Below are positions 39,952 to 47,516 of a DNA stretch of 64,000 bases, in pieces. The number at the start of each line of letters is the position of its first letter. Position 1 is the stretch's first letter. The translations under genes and the position numbers were made by a program. This DNA comes from Promethearchaeota archaeon. GTDB taxonomy: Archaea > Asgardarchaeota > Lokiarchaeia > Sigyniarchaeales > SOKP01. A model generated the notes under the pieces. That model was not told where the DNA came from, ran no database searches, and saw only the letters and a program-made list of their open reading frames with translations. Location: NCBI GenBank assembly GCA_019058445.1, contig JAHPZA010000003.1, positions 452,919-516,918 on the forward strand, in the 5' to 3' direction.

Positions 39952-39970
39952 TAAGATATTTTTTTCATGA

Positions 39971-40129
39971 TCAATTTTTTTTTCGTTTTTCTATCTCTTG
40001 AATTTCAAAATCTTCTTTTTTTTCCTCCTCTAACAATTTTGCTGGCTTGAACTTATCAAAGGGGGCAAAGCATACCCAACGTGCATTTTCTATATTTACC
40101 AATGCTTTAGCGCAACCGAATAGATTCAA
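39971..40129 (-). pseudogene. 3' remnant of a Zn-finger protein gene
   Basis: Manual translation LNLFGCAKALVNIENARWVCFAPFDKFKPAKLLEEEKKE...* reads like a decayed C..C.RAL...ENACWVC.AP zinc-finger tail. Confidence 0.45.
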
Positions 40130-40253
40130 GTAATGGAAAATTTTAGCAAAAGGTTTCCGATTGTTTTGAATTTAAATAGAAATTTACTAAGTAATCTAAA
40201 GGAAGGAGAAATCACTGCTGAAGCTCAAATTACAAGAATTGAGAAAACTTTTA

Positions 40254-40592
40254 CTATATTATCATGCCACAGTGAGTACATTTATCCCCTGGAGGGAGTA
40301 GCTTGCTTCCGCAATATGGGCAAAATTTATAGACACTCCCAAGTTGAGAATCTGTTTGAGACACTGCTTGTTCGGAGGGATACATTGAGATTACTTCTTT
40401 AGGCTTCCTATAACGCAGATTTTTGTTTTGTTTACATATAGGGCATGTATCTCCACTTGAAACCAAGTAATACACAAGATAAATGATACCCCCGATAAAA
40501 GTGAACAGGAATAGCATAAAAAAAGCACGACGATTAAAAATTTTCATTGGAATAACGTGCTTTTTACAGGAATCACACCAGTTTTTTTTCAT
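40254..40592 (-). CDS. LITAF-like Zn-ribbon membrane protein with C-terminal double zinc ribbon
   Basis: WCDSC - hydrophobic stretch - CPIC, then FCPYCG...KCTHCG. Confidence 0.7.
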   Translation of the reverse strand: MKKNWCDSCKKHVIPMKIFNRRAFFMLFLFTFIGGIIYLVYYLVSSGDTCPICKQNKNLRYRKPKEVISMYPSEQAVSQTDSQLGSVYKFCPYCGSKLLPPGDKCTHCGMII

Positions 40593-40708
40593 CTTCCTAT
40601 GCTTACTATTAATTACAAATAGTTTTGTATTTTCAAATAAAGAAAGAGATAGTTATATTTTAAATTTTTTTTTAAAAGTAAAACAGTAAAATAGAAGACT
40701 AAATGTTC

Positions 40709-40733
40709 AACTAAACCTTTTTTAGGTTTAGTT
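40709..40733. promoter_or_regulatory. Perfect 10-bp inverted repeat (candidate operator)
   Basis: AACTAAACCT-TTTTT-AGGTTTAGTT. Confidence 0.6.
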
Positions 40734-40762
40734 TAAAATTAACTTTATCACACATTTTTAAT

Positions 40763-41057
40763 GGTTTTTTTATCATTTTCCGATACTCAAAATCTGCGGA
40801 TTATTGGATTCGATCATAATGTGATTTCCCATTCATTTAGCAAATCAAAAATTCGGTTTTCGATAATTCTAAATTTTTCTCTTGATCTTATGCGACATTA
40901 TGCACGTTTTGCAACATCATAAGATCTACTTTGTAGTAATGGAAAAAGCTAAAGTGACCTTTTATTGATTTTGTCGGAACCTGATAAAGGTTATTCGGCA
41001 AAATCGTTTTATCTAATATTCAGCATGTTCAGAAGTATCGAAAATGATCACCTTTTT
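40763..41057 (+). ncRNA. Candidate structured non-coding RNA (closing stem plus five hairpins)
   Basis: 40772-40809 pairs with 41011-41048. Internal hairpins at 40813-40825, 40835-40874, 40884-40926, 40928-40955 and 40967-41005. Non-Watson-Crick pairs in the stems are mostly G-U on the + strand; TATA-like TTTATCA about 25 nt upstream; T tract at 41053-41057. Confidence 0.5.
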
Positions 41058-41182
41058 CCCATAAATTAACGAAAAGTGACATAACATTTAAATACGAATA
41101 TAGTTAAGTATAAAATGGGAAACACAAAATTGTGAAAAAAAATTCACAATTAAAAAGTAAAAACCTTAGAAGTGAAAAAAAA

Positions 41183-41407
41183 ATGTGTAATAAATGCGAA
41201 TGTGATGGAATAGCTCAATGTTCTATAGTTGGATATCAACCTTTCGGAGCATGTTGTACACTTTGTGCCCATTGGGACGAAGAACATACCTGTCCGAATT
41301 ATGAAATGGTTGCGAAAAATGTTACAGTTTCGCAGGAAAACCTATTTAAAGTTGCGCCAAAGGAAAAAGCCAAAGCTATGACCGTTTCAGTTGAAAAATT
41401 TCCATAA
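41183..41407 (+). CDS. Small Cys-rich metal-binding protein, copy 1
   Basis: MCNKCECDGIAQCSIVGYQPFGACCTLCAHWDEEHTC; start moved to ATG 41183 by alignment with the paralogues. Confidence 0.85.
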   Translation: MCNKCECDGIAQCSIVGYQPFGACCTLCAHWDEEHTCPNYEMVAKNVTVSQENLFKVAPKEKAKAMTVSVEKFP

Positions 41408-41463
41408 AAAATATGAACATAAATTATAAAAGTATTTCACTAACGGAAATTGAGTGATAAAAA

Positions 41464-41712
41464 GTGTGTAATTATTGCGAATGTGATAACATGGATAAAT
41501 GTTCTATAGTCGGGAATATTCCCTTAGGATTTTGTTGTCCTAAGTGTAAATTTTATTCAGGAGCGCATACATGCTTAAATTCGAAGATTAGAACTCAGGA
41601 GAAAATCAAAGCGATAACAAAAAAAATCGATGCTCTTCGTGAAGCTTTTGGTAAAAACGGCAATTCTTCCGAGGAGGAGGAAGAAATCGAAGAGCTTGAA
41701 AAGTATCCCTAA
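41464..41712 (+). CDS. Small Cys-rich metal-binding protein, copy 2
   Basis: MCNYCECDNMDKCSIVGNIPLGFCCPKCKFYSGAHTC; GTG start, GAGTGA RBS. Confidence 0.85.
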   Translation: MCNYCECDNMDKCSIVGNIPLGFCCPKCKFYSGAHTCLNSKIRTQEKIKAITKKIDALREAFGKNGNSSEEEEEIEELEKYP

Positions 41713-41752
41713 ATATTTCCTTAAAATTTTTATAATAAAGGAGGTTTAATAA

Positions 41753-42040
41753 ATGTGTAATAATTGTAATTGCGAAAATTATGACAAATGTTCGATTGTT
41801 GGATATATGCCCATAGGGTTTTGTTGTTCTAAATGCTATCTCTATGATGAGCAACACACTTGTTTAAATACCAAGACCAAACGAAAATCTCCATTAGAGC
41901 AGGAAGATGAAGAAAAACGAGATGAATTAAAACCGATTAGTACTACAATAGAAAATGGAGTAGTAAAGGTGGTAGTTGGTAAGAAAGATAAAAAGAAGGA
42001 GATCTATATTGACCTTCAAAAACATTTAGATTCGCAATAG
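41753..42040 (+). CDS. Small Cys-rich metal-binding protein, copy 3
   Basis: MCNNCNCENYDKCSIVGYMPIGFCCSKCYLYDEQHTC; GGAGGT RBS. Confidence 0.88.
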   Translation: MCNNCNCENYDKCSIVGYMPIGFCCSKCYLYDEQHTCLNTKTKRKSPLEQEDEEKRDELKPISTTIENGVVKVVVGKKDKKKEIYIDLQKHLDSQ

Positions 42041-42055
42041 ACAATGAATTTGAAT

Positions 42056-42077
42056 AAAGATTCGATGTTGAATCTTT
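42056..42077 (+). terminator. Hairpin after the Cys-rich gene triplet
   Basis: AAAGATTC-gatgtt-GAATCTTT, a perfect 8-bp stem 15 nt after the stop. Confidence 0.4.
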
Positions 42078-42322
42078 GATTGCAAAGATGACTTAATTAT
42101 CGGAGAATTCCAATGAATGCAGGAAGAATTATCAAATCTAGTAGAAATTATCAGATCTAATATTCAAGAATCGAAGATTTGTAGGATTTCCGAAAGTTTA
42201 AAGAGAGATGTGATAAATTATAATAATTTGTCCATTTCATCTTTTCGAAAAATAATAAAAACTTTATAAAATTTAAAGTATAAATAAAAAAACAAGAAAT
42301 AACAAAAAAATAGGTATTTGAC

Positions 42323-42820
42323 ATGAGTGTCATTAATTTTGAGTTTAGGAATGAAGTGTTGAAGCATAACGCCTCTCTGTCATATTGTTATCAATGTTCT
42401 ACTTGTTCTGGGGGGTGCCCTGTTGCATTGATAACAGAGGGGAAGTATAATCCCCGGAAGATTATTGAAGAGGCAATTTTAGGATTACAGGAAAAATTGG
42501 TAAATGAGCAAGATCCAAATCCTTGGTTATGTTCGACCTGTCAGAAATGTGTTGAGTTATGCCCTCAAAAGGTAGAATTGACAGAAATATTTACACTCAT
42601 CAAAAATCAGTGTTTTGAGAAGGGTAAATTTCCTGAGGCTTTTTCAGCACAAGGTCAAGCAGTATTAGAGTTTGGTATTGCTATTCCTTATTCTAAAGCG
42701 ATCATATCTAGGCGGGAGAAATTAGGATTACCTTCCATCAACACGGCTCCCGTTGAGGAGATACAAACGCTTTTAAAAGAAACCAAATTTGATAAAAACA
42801 TAACAAGGGGGGGTGATTAA
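42323..42820 (+). CDS. hdrC: Heterodisulfide reductase subunit C
   Basis: CYQCSTCSGGCP and WLCSTCQKCVELCP [4Fe-4S] motifs; precedes hdrB. Confidence 0.93.
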   Translation: MSVINFEFRNEVLKHNASLSYCYQCSTCSGGCPVALITEGKYNPRKIIEEAILGLQEKLVNEQDPNPWLCSTCQKCVELCPQKVELTEIFTLIKNQCFEKGKFPEAFSAQGQAVLEFGIAIPYSKAIISRREKLGLPSINTAPVEEIQTLLKETKFDKNITRGGD

Positions 42821-42823
42821 AGT

Positions 42824-43699
42824 ATGAGCTATGATTTATTTTTGGGCTGTGTGATTCCCGCAAGATTGCCTTACTTAGAGGCATCTGCGAGAAAGGTTTT
42901 CGAGAAACTTGGTATTATATTAAAAGATGTGGATGGATTTAGTTGTTGCCCCGATCCAACTGGAATTGAATTAATTGATCATAAGACTTGGCTTGCCTTA
43001 GGTGCAAGAAATTTAAGTTTATGCAATAATAATGGTGGTGTGATCTCCTTTTGTTCTGGTTGTGTAGAAACACTCAAGGGAGTGAATTACTTCATTAATA
43101 AAGATATCACCGTTAAAAAAGAAGTGAATAAATATCTCCAAAAGGTGGGAAAAGTTTATGAGGGTAATACAGCAGTTAAGCATTTTGCAGAGGTTCTCTA
43201 TGAAAATCTCGATAAAGTGAAAGAAACGGTAGAAAAACCATTAGAAGGATTTAAAGTGGCAGTTCATTATGGATGTCACTACTTACGACCTTCAGAGATT
43301 ATCGAATGGGATGATCCTTTCGAACCTGTTACTGTTGATGAGATTGTAGAAGCGTTGGGCGCAGAGTCGGTTGATTATGATTTAAAATTGGAGTGTTGTG
43401 GGAATCCATTAGATAAATCAGATAAAGATTTATCACTTCAAATGATTGACAATAAATTAGATGCGATTCAAAAAGCCGGGGCCAATTGCGTAGTAGTAGT
43501 GTGTCCGGCATGTTACCAGCAATATGAATTTAATCAACGTGAGCTCAATAAAAAGAATGGAACCGAATATAATTTACCGATTTTTTATCTTTCAGAATTA
43601 GTTGCATTAGCATTTGGGTTTAAACCCCAAGAATTAGGATTGAATTTTCATAGGGTCAGACCAAATGCGTTGTTTGAAAATGTAGGGTTTAAAGTTTAA
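42824..43699 (+). CDS. hdrB: Heterodisulfide reductase subunit B
   Basis: Two CCG domains: FLGC, SCCP, CSGC, HYGCH, CCG and CPAC motifs. Confidence 0.95.
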   Translation: MSYDLFLGCVIPARLPYLEASARKVFEKLGIILKDVDGFSCCPDPTGIELIDHKTWLALGARNLSLCNNNGGVISFCSGCVETLKGVNYFINKDITVKKEVNKYLQKVGKVYEGNTAVKHFAEVLYENLDKVKETVEKPLEGFKVAVHYGCHYLRPSEIIEWDDPFEPVTVDEIVEALGAESVDYDLKLECCGNPLDKSDKDLSLQMIDNKLDAIQKAGANCVVVVCPACYQQYEFNQRELNKKNGTEYNLPIFYLSELVALAFGFKPQELGLNFHRVRPNALFENVGFKV

Positions 43700-43736
43700 A
43701 TATACATATTTATGAAAAAATAATGGGTGGAAAAAA

Positions 43737-45044
43737 ATGGATATCCCATCAAAAAGTGCTTTAATAATAGGCGGAGGAATAGCTGGAATTCAAGCAGCGT
43801 TAGATTTAGCAGATATGGGCATTCAAGTCAATATGGTGGAAAAAAAACCATGTATTGGAGGGAGAATGGCACAATTAGATAAGACTTTTCCTACAAATGA
43901 TTGTTCTATCTGTATACTCGCACCAAAATTATCAGAATGCTATAGACACCATAATATAACGCTCTATTCTTATTCGGAAGTTCAAAAAGTAGAGGGTTCT
44001 GCGGGGAATTTTTCAGCAGAAATTCTAAAACGAGCGCGATTTATTAAAGAAGATGCGTGTATAAATTGCGGTTTATGTGCCGAAAAGTGCCCCATGAGAG
44101 TGGATGATGAGTTCGATCGCGAATTAAGGAAGAGAAGGGCGGTTTATATGTATTATCTTCAAGGAGTACCATCAGTTATGACTATTGATAAGGAAAAATG
44201 CTTATGGTTCACCAAAAACGCATGTAGAATCTGTGAAAAAACTTGCGAGAGAGATGCAATTGATTTTGATCAGCAAGATGAGACTATCAAAATAAACAAT
44301 ATAGGCTCTATAATAGTGGCTACAGGCTACAATTTAATTGAGGACATTAACAAAGAGGTGCTGAAAAATTATGGGTATGGGAAATTTAGAAATGTCTTGA
44401 CTGCGTTGGAATTTGAGCGATTAGAAAGTGCTTCAGGACCTCAAGGAGGGCATATAAAACGTTTTTCTGATAACGAGACTCCTAAAAAAATTGCCTTTCT
44501 TCAATGTATTGGATCACGATCAGATAGGGTAGAAAAATATTGTTCCTCTATATGTTGTATGTATACTACCAAAGAAGCGATGATCGCATATGAACATGAT
44601 AATGAACTGGAGAATTATGTATTTTATATTGATATGAGAGCCGGAGGCAAAGGATTTCAATCATTTCTCAAGAGAGGCGAAAATGAATACAATATCAAAT
44701 ATATTAAAAGTAAAATTGCTCAGATAACAATAGATGAGAAAGAAAATCCAATCATCGTATATGAGAATTTAGATACGGGGGAAGTGAAACAAATACAGGT
44801 GGATTTAGTGGTGTTAGCTACATGTATTGTACCTCCTCAAGGTATTGATAAATTAGCTGAAGTACTAGGAATTGAATTGAATGATTATCATTTCATAAAA
44901 ACACCTCCCTTTATTTCAGTCGAAACTAGTAAAAACGGGATTTTTACTTGTGGTTGTGTACATGAGCCGATGGATATTCCACGCTCCGTTGCCGAAGCTA
45001 GCGGTGCAGCAGCAAGAGCGGCAGAAGTAATTAGAGGAGGTTAA
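43737..45044 (+). CDS. hdrA: Heterodisulfide reductase subunit A-like, N-terminal half of a split HdrA
   Basis: GGGIAG, LDKTFPTNDCSIC, inserted ferredoxin domain, QCIGSR and YCSSICC motifs. Confidence 0.9.
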   Translation: MDIPSKSALIIGGGIAGIQAALDLADMGIQVNMVEKKPCIGGRMAQLDKTFPTNDCSICILAPKLSECYRHHNITLYSYSEVQKVEGSAGNFSAEILKRARFIKEDACINCGLCAEKCPMRVDDEFDRELRKRRAVYMYYLQGVPSVMTIDKEKCLWFTKNACRICEKTCERDAIDFDQQDETIKINNIGSIIVATGYNLIEDINKEVLKNYGYGKFRNVLTALEFERLESASGPQGGHIKRFSDNETPKKIAFLQCIGSRSDRVEKYCSSICCMYTTKEAMIAYEHDNELENYVFYIDMRAGGKGFQSFLKRGENEYNIKYIKSKIAQITIDEKENPIIVYENLDTGEVKQIQVDLVVLATCIVPPQGIDKLAEVLGIELNDYHFIKTPPFISVETSKNGIFTCGCVHEPMDIPRSVAEASGAAARAAEVIRGG

Positions 45045-45050
45045 AAGAAA

Positions 45051-46739
45051 ATGTCAGAAGAAGAGAAAAAAGAGGAAAATGTTAGAGTAGGAATATTTGT
45101 TTGCCATTGTGGATCCAATATAGGTGGTCTGATTGATTGTCACAAATTAGCAGAAGAATCGAAAGAATTACCTTTTGTTGCTCATGCTGAAGATAATTTA
45201 TATACATGCTCAGAAACAGGATTAGCTGCCATTAAAAAAGCGATTGAAGAACATAATTTAAATAGAGTGGTAGTGGCATCTTGTACTCCCCGAACTCACG
45301 AGCCGTTATTTAGGGAATGTATTTCTGAAGCTGGATTAAACCCATATTTATTTAATTTCGTTAATATTAGAGATCAATGTACCTGGGTTCACATGAAACA
45401 TGCTCAAGAAGCTTATGATAAAGCAAAAGACCTAATTAAGATGGGTGCTGCAAAAGCTGTGAAACTTGAACCTCTGGAGATGATTATGGTCAATATTACT
45501 CCTGCTGCTATGGTTATTGGAGGGGGAGTGGCGGGAATGAGTGCTGCTTTAAGTTTGAGCAGGCAGGGATTTAAGACATATTTAGTAGAAAAAGAAGATA
45601 AATTAGGCGGTAGGTTAAACTCACTTTATAAACTATTTCCGTATGATATCGATGCTTCAGAATTTATAGGAAATATCATTTCTAACGTACAAAATGCGAA
45701 AAATTTAGAAATTCTAACTTCATCTCAAGTAATAAATATTGAGGGCTTTGTAGGGAATTTTGAAGTTGAGGTAGAACACAATGGAACTATCAATACATTT
45801 GAAATAGGGGCAATAATAGTTGCCGTAGGATCCTCCATCCTTGACCCAACGGGTCTTTTTGGTTATGATGGGAATAAAAGAATAACTCAATTCGAATTAG
45901 AATCGAAGTTAAAGAATAATAAGATAAATCAAAAAGATATTATAATGATCCAGTGTGTGGGCTCGCGTATTGAAGAAAGGCCTTATTGTTCAAGCGTGTG
46001 TTGTATGACAGCGTTAAAGAACGCACTTAATATCAAAGACCAAAATCCAGAAGCACACATTACGATCTTATTCAGAGATTTATATACGCCTGGAACTGAA
46101 TATGAAGAATATTATCGAAAAGCACGAGAGCAAGGAGTTTTATTTGTAAAATATGATCCTGAAAAAATGCCCGTGATAGAAGAAACTCAGGTAAAAGTAT
46201 TTAATGAATATATTAATACAGAAATGACAATTCCTTATGATTTGCTTGTCTTATCTACTCCACTAGTGGCAAATGATGATAACAAGGAGCTTGCTCAGAT
46301 GTTAAAGGTTCCTTTAGAAGCGAATAAATTCTTTTTAGAAGCACACGTCAAGTTACGCCCTAATGATTTTGCAACAGATGGGGTATATATTGGTGGTTCT
46401 GCAAAATGGCCTGTTGATATAACTGAGTCTATCTCGCAAGGATACGCAGCCGCTTCAAGAGCAAGTACTATATTATCTCATGATACTATTGAAGTAGAGG
46501 GTGCGACGTCTTGCTTACCCGAATATAATAAATCACTCTGTACTGGTTGTGAAGTATGTGTGAAAGTTTGTCCATTTAATGCGATAATAAAAAATGAAGA
46601 TGATGAAATTGAAATTATTGAAGCACTGTGTAAAGGATGTGGAGTTTGTGCAGCAACCTGCACGAACCAGGCACTTGTAATTAGACATTTTACAGATGAT
46701 CAGATTATGTCAGAAATTTTTGCATATGGAGGTGAATAA
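45051..46739 (+). CDS. hdrA: Heterodisulfide reductase subunit A-like, C-terminal half of a split HdrA
   Basis: GIFVCHCG, ASCTPRTHE, NIRDQCTWVH, GGGVAG and CSSVCC motifs; C-terminal 2x[4Fe-4S]. Confidence 0.9.
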   Translation: MSEEEKKEENVRVGIFVCHCGSNIGGLIDCHKLAEESKELPFVAHAEDNLYTCSETGLAAIKKAIEEHNLNRVVVASCTPRTHEPLFRECISEAGLNPYLFNFVNIRDQCTWVHMKHAQEAYDKAKDLIKMGAAKAVKLEPLEMIMVNITPAAMVIGGGVAGMSAALSLSRQGFKTYLVEKEDKLGGRLNSLYKLFPYDIDASEFIGNIISNVQNAKNLEILTSSQVINIEGFVGNFEVEVEHNGTINTFEIGAIIVAVGSSILDPTGLFGYDGNKRITQFELESKLKNNKINQKDIIMIQCVGSRIEERPYCSSVCCMTALKNALNIKDQNPEAHITILFRDLYTPGTEYEEYYRKAREQGVLFVKYDPEKMPVIEETQVKVFNEYINTEMTIPYDLLVLSTPLVANDDNKELAQMLKVPLEANKFFLEAHVKLRPNDFATDGVYIGGSAKWPVDITESISQGYAAASRASTILSHDTIEVEGATSCLPEYNKSLCTGCEVCVKVCPFNAIIKNEDDEIEIIEALCKGCGVCAATCTNQALVIRHFTDDQIMSEIFAYGGE

Positions 46740-46740
46740 T

Positions 46741-47502
46741 ATGAGTTTTGAACCAAAATTATTAGGATTTTTGTGTAATTGGTGTTCTTATGCCGGAGCA
46801 GATTTAGCAGGGGTAAGTAGAATTCAATATCCTCCCAATATGAGAGTTATTAGAGTAATGTGTAGTGGTCGAGTTGACCCTAAATTTTTAATCCAGGCCC
46901 TTGAGTTAGGTATTGATGGAGTGTATGTTATGGGATGTCATATCGGAGATTGTCATTATTTAGAGGGGAATTACGAGGCATTACGTAAATTTGATATGAC
47001 TAAAAAATTACTCAGTTTTGTAGGGCTTGATAACAGAATTAGGTTAGATTGGGTTTCTGCTTCAGAAGGCGTTCGATTTGGAGAAGTTGTCTCTAAGTTT
47101 GTTGAAGATATTCGAGCTCTTGGACCTTCACCATTAAGTAGGGATAATCCAGATCAAGAACTTCTTAAAAAAGTAAAAGCGATCAATATGGCAGCAGGTA
47201 CTAAAAGGTTGCGAGCATTAGTAGGGAGACAGAGAAAAATTACTGAAGAAGAAAATGTCTATGGAGAAAAAGTACCTGAAGAGGAATTTAATGAACTTCT
47301 CGATACAGCTCTAAAAGAAGAATATGACCGTCAACGGATATTGCTTGCACTTGCCAGAGACTCAAAATCAGTAAAAGATTTAGCGGTTGAGCTTAGTTTG
47401 GAACCAAGCTTGGTTCTAGAACATATGTTAACTTTAAAAGGTCGAAGTCAAGTAGACTTTCAAGAAATAATAGGTAATACACCTTTATTTATGAGGATAT
47501 AG
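46741..47502 (+). CDS. mvhD: MvhD-like [2Fe-2S] subunit with C-terminal extension (HTH-like)
   Basis: FLCNWCSYAGAD, CSGRV and GCHIGDCHY motifs; ATG 46741 follows GGAGGTGA; about 120 extra C-terminal residues. Confidence 0.9.
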   Translation: MSFEPKLLGFLCNWCSYAGADLAGVSRIQYPPNMRVIRVMCSGRVDPKFLIQALELGIDGVYVMGCHIGDCHYLEGNYEALRKFDMTKKLLSFVGLDNRIRLDWVSASEGVRFGEVVSKFVEDIRALGPSPLSRDNPDQELLKKVKAINMAAGTKRLRALVGRQRKITEEENVYGEKVPEEEFNELLDTALKEEYDRQRILLALARDSKSVKDLAVELSLEPSLVLEHMLTLKGRSQVDFQEIIGNTPLFMRI

Positions 47503-47516
47503 AGGGGATAAAAGAA

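Noticed and set aside
40763-41057. Identity as SRP RNA, RNase P RNA or SECIS; also a 53-codon ORF at 40761-40922
   Set aside because: The conserved motifs are absent and the element is AT-rich; no upstream TGA-containing gene; the ORF has no RBS or protein-like features.
42044-42223. Short ORF MQEELSNLVEIIRSNIQ... preceded by an in-frame TGA, and three AATTATC repeats
   Set aside because: No selenoprotein motif or SECIS, only 35 codons, and the repeats are short and irregularly spaced.
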